DNA of 64,000 nt from Macrostomum lignano (GCA_002269645.1 NIVC01000029.1:620001-684000), one strand, 5' to 3'. Positions 24,856 through 37,575 are shown, numbered from the stretch's first letter. Numbers and translations: made by a program. Notes: generated by a model from the sequence alone, not told the origin.

Positions 24856-27800
24856 ACTGGGGGCGGGGTGTGGAGAAACTGCTACATAATCTTACTAAGT
24901 CACAATAAAATGGATTATGCAAAGTAATAGACTAAAACAGTTATGAAACCATTGGGAAACAGAATTTAAACTAATTCAGCTAGATAATTAGCTGCAAAAA
25001 ACAAGTTGGAATAGATTCCCGAAAAAAAAGGTAAAAAACCGCCCCCACACTGCACTAAACAACGCAGAATGCACGAAAGTCAAGAAAAAGTACAAAAAGT
25101 AAGCTGTACTGAGCTACACTATAATGGCAACAGCTGTTTTCTCTACTTACTGAGTCCCAATCAAAATAACTAATACTATACATAGCAACAACTGTACAAG
25201 AGTAAACGATAAGTGAAAATCAGAGACTAACTGTACATTACCAATGAGATTTTTCGTCTACCCTAAGAGCAACCACAACTTTGTCCTCTTCAGAAAGACT
25301 AGGGTAAGAGAAATACGCGCACTCAAGTTCTCAAACACCAAGGCAGAAAGCAGACATTGGGTACCTCTAGCACTAAGGTGCATTAATGGCTGGCTTTTGG
25401 ATTTATTTGTCTAATTTGTACAACTATAAGAAAGTATATGAATTTCTATCTAGACTCAAGAATTTAAGTATCTATTTATATTTTAAAACAGTGCTAATCA
25501 TATTCAACCTGATATATATAGTTTTGTCTATGGCCAGAACACTGTCTATGGTCTATAGGACAAGGCAAGAATTGAATTTTGAATTTAAGACATTTTTTGC
25601 CTTTTTATCATACCAAATACTTTTGTCTTATGGTTCTGAGTTTAAAGTGCTCAATGTCAATGTATTAATTTATTGCTTTCTTATACTGGTATACAGTTTT
25701 GGTCATAGACAATTATCAAGGCATGGATTAAATATAGTTGATTATGACCTAAATTGAATGCTTGACTTCTTAAAAATGAAAAGTTCTCTAAGTGTGATAT
25801 ATCAAGAAAAGGATACAATCTTCAACCTTAAAGGCAACAAATTTTCTATAACTTAAAATATTTTTTAAATAGTTTAAAGTCAAGAAAATAAAAATTATTA
25901 TTTTTTTAGTTTCTATGCAGACTTACAATTTTACAAAAAATGAAACAAAAAAAAATAAACAACTGTTAACAAGCAACAAAAATAACAAAAAATGTAAAAG
26001 CCTAAAGCAAACCTCACCAGCAAAGAAGTACATTCTAATTTTAGGATTTATTATATGAGAAAAACTGGAATTTTGAGTGCAATTAAACAAATTTTATTTA
26101 AAGATTTAGGCAAAAAATTAAATATTCTCTATATACCAGGTCTATCTTTTAAATAAATATAAAAGAAGCAAAATAAAAAATATGATTTAATATTATACTA
26201 ATATATAGTCTTTGCTAGTCTTTGCTTTAGTCTTTGCTTTCATTTTAGCATTTGCTAAGGCTTTTTTTAATCATATATGCAAAGCTAAAATAGTTTATAT
26301 ATCAAAAGCATATATTTTATCACATATATATATACCCTAAATTTAATCTACATTGGTTTGGTTGTTTGAACAGCAAATAATCTGATATATTTATATCTAG
26401 ACAGAATTTTATATAAATGTGATTTCTCAAACTATGAAAAATAAAAAATACAAATTAGGCCCCGTGGCTATTTTAAATGTCCAAAAATATTGTAAAAATA
26501 ATGTTAATCAGTTTTTTTGTGTATTCATATATAAATAGCATCTTGAAAAACTTTCTTCTATACTCAAGGCTTAGCAAAAATATGTTGCTTTTTATTTTTT
26601 TATGATTCATTGGAATAAATTTTTATATAATATATTTTACAATTGCTATTTAGTTACATGCATGGTCATACTGACATGGATTCCAAGGGTATCCAGTCAA
26701 TCAAGCAACAAGATTATCTGGCCATAGACAATTTGGCAATAGTCAATTCGGCAATAGTCATTTGGCAACAGTCAATTCGGCAATAGTCAATTTGACAATA
26801 GTAAATGTAGCAACAAGGTAGGTATACTATGATTAAAAGCTATTTAATCCACTATTTTGCATTTATATAGATTATTAGAGCTATACTATTATTATTTGAA
26901 TATCAATAAATTTTACAAACATTTATTTATACAGAATTATTAAACTAAATAGAATAGTTACAATTATATATTGTATTCTATATTTGCAGAATATATGCAT
27001 GCATGAAAGTTGCAATGTAACCAACAATTTTTGAATCTCAATTTTCAGATATTGTTAAAATAAAAAACGCTTAATTATTAATTGCTTAAATGCTTTTACA
27101 TATTTCTGTTGTTCATGTATAACAATAAATAAATGAATATAAGTAAGGTCCAATTTATATATAGGACATAGATTTCAAGTATTTGTATTATATAATAAAC
27201 AGCTTTAAGTTGAACTTAAAAGAAAAAATTTAATTACTACAATAACTTAAATTAGGATTGACATATCCTAGATTAGAACAAGAGCACTACATATATGCAT
27301 GTATAAAACATTAGATGCAGTCCAAAAATCTATAAAATCTACAAAAAATCTATAGCTAGATTGTTTATGGCCACTTTGACTATTGCCAGATTGTCTGCCA
27401 TAGTCTAGATCATGCTGGGTGCACACCCAAACAAAAATTTGCCAAAGATGCATGCCAAAAAAATTGAGTGCCTGCCCATTAAACTACGCTGGTATTGCAA
27501 CAATAAATGACTTTTTTGAATTGTATAAGAGACCCCTTTTGGCAAATAATTTGGTTAGTTTTTATGCTCTTTAGTACTACTATTGACAGTGGAAAATTGA
27601 TACACAAAAATTTGTTTAAGTGCCTTATTACAAGCTTAAAAAACCTAGAAAGCTTGAAATTTCTGCTTAAAATGATTTTTTTTCATTTTTTTCAACTTCA
27701 CAATGACTTTTCCATATGATTCTATAAAGTGCATACCAGATATGCATAGGCCTACACACTATTTTCTTGGGAGTGATACATGCTGACTGTGCATGCCTAC

Positions 27801-28399
27801 TTTTGGTGTGCAAGGCCAATGCACACCCAAATTTTTAGGCATATACTAGGCCTACATGACCCAGAGTGCATAGTCTGGATCATGGCAGATGGATGCCAGA
27901 ATGAAAATTCATGTTTTTTTTTTAATTTTAACCCAACAAAAGCCAAGACTAAAATTGTTTATATGGCATTTTTTATAAATATATATTTTTAGGAATTCAA
28001 AACTTTTACTAAACTTTAAAACAGAGCTCTGTTTTTTGCTAAAACTGATATTCTGTTTTAATTTTGATTTTCTTGTGATTGCATTAATATTTTCTATTTT
28101 AGTTTCCAATTATTTTTAAAGAGCTTTTGACATTGGTTGATATTTAACTACACAATTACATTAGCCTTGAACTTGGCTATTTTTTGTACACTGACTATGT
28201 ACACTTCATGTTGAACCTAAAAATTCTATATGCCAAGTGTACCTCAAGATTGTTAGTAAGAGCAAAAATATGCTAGAATTTTCTGGCATAAAGACTATGT
28301 TCCAGACTATGGCTAGAGTGTAGATTGTTTGTCATTGGGTTGTTGGCAATCCTACAGTTTTTTGCTTTTAATTATTTTTCGGCTTTTCCAAGTGATCAC

Positions 28400-28625
28400 T
28401 GACCAGTGGGCCACCTATAATCAACTGGCCAATCATGTGACCATTAATCACTCTATCCAGTTTGTTGACCCCAATGATCCTACCATCCATACAAACACCA
28501 TTGAGGGTGCATGGGCCAACTGCAAGGTCAAGTACCGGGCGATGCATGGTACTGTAGATGGTCTGTTCGAGACATACCTCCAAGAGTTTTTATGGCACCA
28601 GATGTTTCAAGAGCGTCAATTCGGG
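28400..28625 (+). mobile_element. Merlin/IS1595 (ISXO2-like) DDE transposase fragment
   Basis: HVTINHSIQFVDP...HTNTIEGAW..CK...MHG......YLQEFLW is the C-terminal signature of DDE_Tnp_IS1595. Confidence 0.8.
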
Positions 28626-29204
28626 AACATATATTGGATTGGATACACCATTATTATCCATGTTAACTGTTGTGACTATCATGAGTGACTTTTATATAAG
28701 TTTATCGTCATTTCTTATTCCTGCTATGCTTGCCATAATTTTTCAAAAAATAATTAAAAGCAGAAAACTATACGATCGTTAGATTATCTTGTTAATTTTA
28801 CCACTGCCAGATTGATTAGAAGCCAATTCTAAGCATCTTGCCAAGTTTTTGGGGCCTACATTGTACTGCATTGTACTATACTATACTAAGCTAAGTGCCA
28901 TCTCATGGAAAACATTGAAAGGTCATTTAAAAATTCAATAGATGGCTATCCAACATTTAGTAACTTTCTTCAATAAGAACAGAGTGCTAGGCCTACTTGC
29001 TACTTATTTCTTAAAATAGAGCCAATATGCAATACAATATTTTACTTGGTCTTGAATTTTGATTAGTCAAAAATACTTTAGATTTAGAAGTTTAGTAACT
29101 TATATTATATATTCTATATTCTATAAGTAAGTAGACTTGATTGGTAGGCCTAGCTTACTTTAAGTTAGCTTAGCTAACAAAAAAGTCTATATAGGCCCTA
29201 TGAT

Positions 29205-29392
29205 TCATGCATGTGCAACCTTAGGAATCACTTGGCCATTTCTATTGGCAACACACACATGTAAGTTGCTATTGGCTGAGAGTAGTCATGTGAATACTAT
29301 TCTGTCCAACAGTGACTTACACTATGTTGCCAACAGAAATGGCTGGGTGAATCCCTAGGTTGCGCCCAAGCATGATTACACTTATGACTTTT
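29205..29392. mobile_element. Degenerate palindromic MITE
   Basis: About 40-bp imperfect inverted arms (gtgcaaccttaggaatcacttggccatttctattggcaaca versus its counterpart), differing mostly by transitions. Confidence 0.55.
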
Positions 29393-30002
29393 TTATGAAG
29401 TGATAGGCCTTAGCCTAAAATTAAAAAATAATTGCTTTAATTTTAGCTTAGGCCTAAGGGTCTATTCAGCATTTGTTTGAGATGGATGGCACTTAGATGA
29501 AAATACAAAACTTCAAAACTAAAATAACATATGTATTTATATTAGGCCTACTTCATAAATTTCAACTTCAAGTTCAACTTCTACTCTGAAATCTGAATAT
29601 AGTATAGTATAGTATAGGATAGGTTAGAAATAGAAATCCTAGGCCCCCTAGTATTATTTAAGTGATTGTTTTTAACGATATTTATTAGTTAATTTATAAC
29701 TTATTGCTGACATTTTTACATAACCATGTAAATTTTGTCTGGGCTCCAGGCATAACTAGGTAGTTAAAATCTTTAACTGGGTCACTGGTGACGTAGGTGT
29801 GCCCATTTTCAAGGAAATCATGTGACTCAAACTGCGCGGATTTTTCGTTAACGAGATAGGTAATTACGAAAGCCGTTCTAAAAAAGCCGTTAAAACATTA
29901 TTTCATTATGTAAGTTGGTATTAGCCTTCACAGCTTAAAGCGCGTTTTTAAACTATAAAAGTGCAAACTATCAAAATAAAAATTACTAAATGCCGTAGCA
30001 GA

Positions 30003-31432
30003 AACAACAACAACAACAACAACAAGGTACTGCTCCCGCCGGCCACGCAGTAGCCAGAAAGGGGGGAGCAGTCAGAAAGCGTGTCTCTGGGCCATTGCCC
30101 TCAGGAAGTCGCATCCCCCTGCTTGGTCCGGGGCGCCAGCGTCACTCAGAAGTCGGTCAGGGTATCGCACCGTTCGCCCTTGGCCTCGCCTCCGCGGTCC
30201 CTGCAGCTTGAGCAGCAGCACGTCGTGTAGCAGGACAGCGGGCCTCCGACCGGATGAAGTGGCCAGCCAGTCGAAGTCGCCGCCCGCGCAGCAGGTCAGA
30301 AGGCCGCGTCAGGCGCGCCCTAGTGTAGAGCGCGGCATTGGTCTCGCTGCCTGGGCCGCTGCGCACTCCGAAAGCCGCATGCAGCATTGCCGCATGCGCA
30401 GCGTCCAGCTGCCTCTCCAAGGCGTCCGTTAGGGTCCAAGTCTCAGCGTTGTACAACAGGACAGTCTCGACGACTGCCTGAAACAGCCGAGCCTTGAGCC
30501 CGTCGTCTAGGGCCTCAGATTGGAGCACGGAGCGCACAGATCGAAATGCGGCCCAGGCCAGTCCTCGTCGTCTCTTCAGGTCGTCGGCAACGTCCGGTAC
30601 GGAACCGCCGAGGTACACAAAGCGCTCGCAGCGGGTAAGCATAAATGCATTCCCGGCAGCGTCTCGGTAATTGATCTCGGCCGGCAAGTCGGAGGGCACC
30701 GTGAACACTACCGTCTTCCGCGCGTTCAGCTTTCTGGAGATGCCGCGCCCCGCGAGTGGACAACCGCGCACATCGTCGCGATCCCGAAGAAGCCAGGCAC
30801 GACAGGGAAGGAGGAGCACAGGGGGATCTTGCTTATGTCCTGCGCCGCGAAGCTGTTCAACCGGGTGCTGCTGGCTCGGTTACAGCCTGTGCTGGACCAG
30901 TTCCTGCGAACTGAGCAGAACGGGTTCCGCCCACATCGCGGCACAGTGACGCAGATCCTAGCCCTCCGCCGCATCATCGAGGAGGCGCGCATCCATCAGT
31001 CAAGTCTCGTGGTAATCTTCATTGATTTCCTCAAGGCCTTCGACTCGCTGGCTCGCGGCGCGCTGTCTCTCGTGCTTCGTGCGTACAATGTACCGGAGAA
31101 ACTGATTTCCGCCATCATGGCGATGTACCAGGACACGACCGCTTCGGTGATGACACCAGATGGACTATCAGACCAATTCAGCACGTCGTCAGGCGTGCTG
31201 CAGGGTGACACTTTGGCGCCTTTTCTGTTTGTGCTGGCACTGCACTGGGTGCTGAGAACCGGCCTGCCCAACCTGGATGACGGCTTCCTTTTGAGAAGAC
31301 ACACGAGTCGGCGGCACCCGGAGAAGCGGCTCTCCGTTCTCGGCTACGCGGACGACCTCGCGCTACTTTCATCGACGGCTGAAGGTGCCCAGCGGCTGCT
31401 TGATGGCCTGACGGCGGCAGCGTCGCGGGTCG
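30003..31432 (-). mobile_element. 5'-truncated, 5'-inverted RTE-like non-LTR retrotransposon
   Basis: RT core (FIDFLKAFDS, QGDTLAP, YADD) on + at about 30735-31432; the RT continuation (KLNARKT...YLG...LLYNAETW) on - at 30732-30157; (TTG)n tail at 30003-30025; TSD GCCGTAGCAGA at 29992-30002 and 31433-31443. Confidence 0.9.
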
Positions 31433-32835
31433 GCCGTAGCAGAGAACAAAATTAATAAACCAAATCAGCAGAGGCAGAAGCAAGCGATTGATGCCATAGA
31501 AAAATCACATTTCCTGTGGATGAGAAGTCAAATGTCAGGTCCGCCCTAATTTACAAATAACCTTGTATGACTTGTGAATTGCTGTCTACGAAGATAGCCA
31601 TGACGGCCATTTGCCATTATGATTATTATCGGCTTTATTGCAGTTTAAACACAAATAAAAATGTAAGGTATACATGTCATGATCAAGATGGCGCTTTAGC
31701 GGTGCACATTTATTCAAAAAGTCAGTCTAGCTATATTCCCCCATTTTTTCAACTTTTCTCTATCATTTTCCCACCCCCTTTCTCAATTTTCTGCAAGCAT
31801 TTTGGCCCATGTTCCCATGTATCAAGTTCTATCATTGTATCATTTATCAATGTTCAAATCAGCCGGATTCTGAGGATTTTATTTTTTTATGGTCTCGTCG
31901 ATCTTGGGATCAGCAACAAAAACCGGAGCTTCTTCTGGGAGATTCTTCCCTTGACTTTACATGTACAGCCGCAGTATACCGTTAACGTTTACTGCAACTT
32001 TATTTACAACATATTTTTCCTTTTTTACTGAAACTATTATAGCTGTTTATGGTTTTACAGAGCTATTTATACCAGTATTAATTATTAGGACCCCATACTC
32101 AATTAATTTATTATCACTTTATTTGAATATTTTTTCATTAGTCCCCTAAATTTAATTTCTTTTGTCCTAATATAGCTCTCAAAGCATCCAAGCAATGACG
32201 AGCATTCATCGATTATCTGATTTTTTGTTGGTTTTTTGTTTTACGTAGGCCTAAAATGGCGAAGTCCCTGATCAGGAGCTGGAAGACAATCTGACGTACA
32301 TGTACAGATGGGCCGCTGTTAATTAGTTTACCTACATACTCGTAGTATACATTGTACATTGTAGCCAATAAAACGCGGGTGGTGTAGAGAGCGCGGGGAT
32401 ATAGCTAAACGTTGCAGTCCCAGAAACTGAAGAAACGGAACAGAACAGAAGTCCACTGACACTAGTTCTGAGCCATATATAAGTTCTATAACTCAATAAC
32501 TCCAATATTTCCGGACCGCAGGCTTTGGCTCTAAGTCAACAATGGTCCGCCCCTGTACTAAACTTCTACGGGCCAACCACGATCAATTTCAGTTCCCCGA
32601 CAAACAAGATGCAATAGTGATAGCAATAAAAAGTTGTAGAGTAACGAACTAAAACAACTATAATTCTGACTAAACGCTTGTTTACCGTTTTAACGTTCAA
32701 TAAATATACGTGTTCTTGTTTTACTATCAATTTTAAGTTTGTCTATGGTAGCGGAGTTAACGCTACCAATAATCTCCGCGAGCTTAACACTAGGGACATA
32801 GGCAAGGCGAACAGGCAAAGTTGATTAAGTAAATA

Positions 32836-32980
32836 ATAAACGCCGTTTAATTCACATTCTGTGGTTAGAATGTCCGAGGCTGCGTTTAATGGTCTCGAGG
32901 CGAGCGTAGCGAGCCGAGGACCATTGATTGTAGCCGAGGATATTCTAACCATAGACTATGATGAATTAAACGGCGTTTAT
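32836..32980. mobile_element. Palindromic mini-element
   Basis: Perfect 19-bp inverted repeat ataaacgccgtttaattca at 32836-32854 and 32962-32980; internal gcgagcgtagcgagc hairpin core. Confidence 0.65.
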
Positions 32981-32998
32981 CATATATTGTACCCTTTT

Positions 32999-33849
32999 GT
33001 CTATGGTTTCCGGCATTCATACTTGCGGTAACAATTTAATTGTTTGTCGGCTTTTTTCGATTGTTGCCGGATTTCAGACGAATGTATTTGGCTATCAAAA
33101 CAAGGAACAACAATAGCAACACGGCGAAAGTGTTTCATAGTCACAAAAAGTTCTTAAGAACAAACCGATCGAATCAATTGTTTTACTTTCCGTAAAAGTT
33201 GAATGTGCAGTTGTGGAACTGACCACCACAGAGGCTTCTCGGCAGGTCTTGGCCGCCCTCGGGTACTTTCATCAGCTCGCCTCTATCAGACCCAGTTGTC
33301 ACACTTTCGATGGTGGATTCCGCATCGTCGTCAATCTTGGTGACTTTGGACCCATAGGCAGCCAGACAAGCGCTCATTCGGGCCACACAGTCCATGTCTC
33401 GCCGCTTGTATACATCCACTGAGCTCGAATTCTTGTGTCCCGTCATTAGTGTAATCGCTTGATTATCGATCCAGGTTGTCCATCTCCAGAACGTAGCGCG
33501 TGCTCGACTCTCGGGTGACAAAAGCCAACTCGTCCGTGGAGAGTCCACATATTTCTCCGCCAGGAATGTTTGCGTAGCGAATCATAGCTACTTTTCCTAT
33601 TTGCACTCCGAATAGGAGAATTAATTCAAGCTCAAAATCAACTTGAGAATAAACTCGTGGCAGCCAGGCTAGCTGTCTTCACTGTCCTTTAAATTTGCCA
33701 TAAACGATTAATTATCTCTGCAACCCTTTCATTTAGAGAGCAACTAAATTTGCCATAGACGATTGATTATCTCTACAACCCTTTCAAAGCGCATTCCGGC
33801 AACAATCGCATTTCATACTCAGCATCCGCACTATGTCTGGGCCATAGAC
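32999..33849 (-). mobile_element. Crypton-like tyrosine-recombinase remnant (internally deleted)
   Basis: ITLMTGHKNSSSVDVYKR (box II H..Y) and a C-terminal FHNCTFNF typical of DUF3504-type Cryptons; bounded by gtctatgg / ccatagac inverted ends. Confidence 0.6.
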
Positions 33850-33881
33850 AAGGGAAGTCAAAAGGGTACAATAATGACATG

Positions 33882-33970
33882 TACCGATTTTTTTCGGCAG
33901 CAATTGCTCTACTAAGCTTCAGCCGCTACGCGGCTTCAGCTTACGCAATTGCTGCCGAAAAAAATCGGTA
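33882..33970. mobile_element. 89-bp hairpin mini-element
   Basis: Perfect 26-bp inverted repeat (33882-33907 and 33945-33970) plus an inner stem agccgc/gcggct. Confidence 0.7.
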
Positions 33971-34156
33971 TATATCGTTACATTAAATTCGATTGCTCCT
34001 GATTTCGAGGAGATTATATGATATAATATCCTAGTTTTTGTTAAAAATTACCACAGACAACACATTCCCGGCTCAGAATAGTACAATTTTTTAACGATTA
34101 AATAAGCAATCGTATTTTATATAGACATAGAAGAGGCTAGAGTGACATAAAAAACC

Positions 34157-36211
34157 TGTTGGCTTTTTTAAACGCAGAGTGTAGCTGATCGAGTATATTT
34201 CTTAGTCAACGAGCAAAAGAGGAAAGTTAAGAGAGGATGGTGCCAGGAGGCTGATTTAATCGCCTTTAGTTTTAGGCATAGACAAACTTATACAGTATCG
34301 TTCTAGAAAGTTCTAAGACTTGGGGAATCTAACGAGAGTTACATGTACTATAATTAGCATAGATACAATTTACATTACTTTTTCAACGCTCCCACTTAAT
34401 GAAAATTGTCCATGTATGCGGTTACAAAAATTTGTCCAGTTTTCACAAAGTTCTGATTAAGATGTCAGTAAATTCAAACTCCTCTGTTACATTTTAACAA
34501 CTCCAATCATTGTTCGCAGTTGCATGAACTTGTCCTTCGGTAACGGCTTAGTAAACGCATCTGCAACCATCCCGCACCGCAATCCGACGTCGGCCGACCT
34601 TCCCGACGTCTATGACGTCTATGACAGCTATGTACTTTTACATTACATCGAACGGATAACGACGTCCAAAATACGTCGGCTGAACGTCGTTGCAATGTTA
34701 AAGTTCATATTTGTCATAGACGTCGAAAGACGTCGGGAAATATCGACCGACGTCGGATTGCGGTACGGGCATATCGCCAGTTGGACAGTAGACCACCCGA
34801 ATAGTCCCATTGCTGACGGCTTCACGAATGAAGTGATGTCCGATATCAATGTTCTTTGTCAGTCGGCTTCCAGCAGAATTCTCAGGAAGAGCAATGGTTC
34901 CTTCGTTGTCCTCGTAGATCACAGTGGGTCGCTCAGATCCTGATCTTTCAAGATCACTTAGTAGTCGCCGCAGCCACATGGCTTCTTGTGCTGCAGAGCT
35001 CAGCGCGACGTACTCAGCTTCCTTTGTCGAGAGTAAGACAGTTGATTGCTTCTTGCTAAGCCAGCTGATAGCGCCACCAGATAGCTTAAACACGATGCCA
35101 GAGGTGGAATGTCGATCTTCTACGTCACTCGCCCAGTCTGCATCAGAATAGCCGATCAAGTTCTCTAACTAGAGTTGTACTCTAGGCCAAAGTCGATTGT
35201 TCCCTTTAGGTACCGGAAGATTCGTTTTACTGCGGTTAGATGTATCTCTCTTGGTTTGTTGTTGAACTTGGAGGCAACTTGCCTTGCCTTGGATCTTTAA
35301 AGTCAAGTATGACAGTGATGGCAAGGTAGATCGTTTAAAGGGAAGACTTTTAGCCAAGGGCTATTCACAGAAATTTGGCATTGATTATGAAGAGACCTTC
35401 GCGCCAGTTGTAAAATTTCCATCAGTTCGTGCAATGTTGGCATTAGCGGCTAAACATGGATTACACGTTCATCAGATGGACGTTGTAACTGCCTTTTTGA
35501 ACGGCGATTTGTGCGAAGAAATTTACATGGAGCAGCCACCCGGTTTTGTCAAGCCAGGAGAGGAAGAGCTGGTCTGCAAGTTAAAGAGGTCGCTTTATGG
35601 ACTTAAGCAAGCGCCCCGCTGTTGGAACAAAGCCTTTTGCGACTACCTAGCCAGAATTAACTTCGAAGAAAGCTCAGCCGACAGCTGTGTCTTCATTACG
35701 AAAAGGGAGGATCTCACGGCCCTAGCTATGTACGTTGACGACCTAATACTAATTGCGAAGATTCTGTTGGAAATGCAACAAATCAAGGATGAACTTTCCA
35801 AAAGGTTCAAGATGAAAGACATGGGCGAGTTGCACTACTGCCTAAAGTGTCAACATCCAAGCAAACAAGGAGGACCGCTGTATCAAGCTTATTCAGAAGC
35901 AGTACATAACCAAACTGCTTGAACGCTATGGACTTGCAGAGGCGAACCCAGCCTTAACTCAACGATCCCAACGCCAAATACGACGAGGGCAACAAGCCAG
36001 TTGACTCTACAGTTTACCAGTTAATGGTTGGAAGCTTGCTCTATTCAGCAACTGCTACACGTCCAGACATCTCGTATGCAGTGGGAGTTGTCTCCAAGTT
36101 CAACAACAAACCAAGAGAGATACATCTAACCGCAGTAAAACGAATCTTCCGATACCTAAAGGGAACAATCGACTTTGGCCTAGAGTACAACTCTAGTGTA
36201 GAGAACTTGAT
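34157..36211. mobile_element. Rearranged Ty1/copia remnant: LTR 34157-34388, PPT and RNase H on -, RT on + (35280-36211)
   Basis: RVT_2 motifs (QMDVVTAFLNG, LYGLKQAPR, YVDD); RNase H (GYSDADW, WLSKKQ, YEDN, ADAFTKPL); PPT aagtgggag followed by an LTR with TGTTG...CAAC(G) ends; frameshifts. Confidence 0.88.
34571..34769. mobile_element. 199-bp MITE inserted in the copia RNase H
   Basis: Long imperfect TIRs (CCCG(C/T)ACCGCAATCCGACGTCGG...); 3-bp TSD CAT; removing it restores ...CPTGDMVADAFTKPL. Confidence 0.85.
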
Positions 36212-36354
36212 AAAGTTCATAAAACAGCTGATAAGCCGCAAAGGCAAATGCTATGACGTCGCTAAGCGGCAAAACTCGTTTGAGAAAGAGCTCGCCGCGT
36301 CTGATCGATTCCAGTTAATGGTAAGTTAAGGTGAAGAGCAATATTTTTACCAAT

Positions 36355-36992
36355 AACTGCCCTGTCTCTATACCATTCTGCCTTGTCTCTACCATTCTGC
36401 CCTGTCTCTACCATTCTGCCCTGTCTCTACCATACTGCCCTGTCTCTACCATACTGCGCCCTGTCTCTACCATTCTGCCGTGTCTCTGCCCTGTCTCTAC
36501 CATATTGCCCTGTCTCTACCATTCTGCCCTGTCTCTACCATACTGCCCTGTCTCTACCATACTGCGCCCTGTCTCTACCATTCTGCCGTGTCTCTGCCCT
36601 GTCTCTACCATATTGCCCTGTCTCTACCATTCTGCCCTGTCTCTACCATTCTGCCCTGTCTCTACCATTCTGCCCTGTCTCTACCATACTGCCCTGTCTC
36701 TTCCATTCTGCCCTGTCTCTACCATACTGCCCTGTCTCTACCATTCTGCCCTGTCTCTACCATTCTGCCCTGTCTCTACCATACTGCCCTGTCTCTACCA
36801 TTCTGCCCTGTCTCTACCATTCTGCCCTGTCTCTACCATTCTGCCCTGTCTCTACCATATTGCCCTGTCTCTACCATACTGCCCTGTCTCTACCATACTG
36901 CCCTGTCGCTACCATTCTGCCCTGTCTCTACCATATTGCCCTGTCTCTACCATTCTGCCCTGTCTCTACCATACTGCCCTGTCTCTACCAAT
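36355..36992. repeat. 19-bp minisatellite
   Basis: Unit ctgccctgtctctaccatt; lies between a donor (36321) and an acceptor (37013). Confidence 0.93.
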
Positions 36993-37013
36993 AACTGCAA
37001 TTTCTCTACTCAG

Positions 37014-37575
37014 ACCGATGCGTCACAGCCCGGCTCAGCTGAGCAGCCCAAGTCGCGTGCCGGGCAGGAGTACATTTGCCCATTCGGTGACTGCCTACCA
37101 ATCAAAGAGTCCCGTTTTAGTGACCACATGAAAAGAGCGCATCTGAATCTGCTCGAAGAGACGAAACAAAATCTGGCAAAGGATGGGGTTCCTGAATTTC
37201 TTCTACACAAAAGAGCCCTCCAGATTCTGCGTGCTTCTGTGAAGCTCAACACGCATCAGCTGACTGCCGGCCCAATGGCAGAGAAAGCGGTACAGTGCGA
37301 CATCTGCGGCAAGTGGCCCAACGACAGAAATTTGCTGGCGAGCCACACACGCAACAGCCACCCAGACGCAGCAAAAGCTGCAAAGGAGCAGAAGCTGGCT
37401 GAGGCCAGAAGCAGAGTGCCGGCTAGACCAGCCGTGGCCGAGCACCCGTCGACAGACGACGTTGAGGCACTCTGTGCGTTCTTGGCCAGCTCTCTCGGTG
37501 GGCGCAAGAAGCCGGCAACGGTACGCGAAATTCGGTGCTACCTGAAACGGCTGATGCGTTCACTTTACATAAGAG
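37014..37575 (+). CDS. C2H2 zinc-finger exon (two fingers) of a fragmented gene, possibly of transposon origin
   Basis: Acceptor ctactcag|; CPFGDC...HMKRAH and CDICGK...HTRNSH; a phase-0 donor lies upstream at 36320|gtaagt. Confidence 0.55.

Noticed and set aside
25386-28109. Several 60-120 aa AT-rich ORFs
   Set aside because: Low-complexity F/I/L/K/N composition typical of chance ORFs in AT-rich DNA
34157-36211. Twin priming of a copia mRNA by LINE machinery
   Set aside because: The whole 3' LTR including its terminal inverted end is present and there is no poly(A) tail, so a DNA-level rearrangement is more likely
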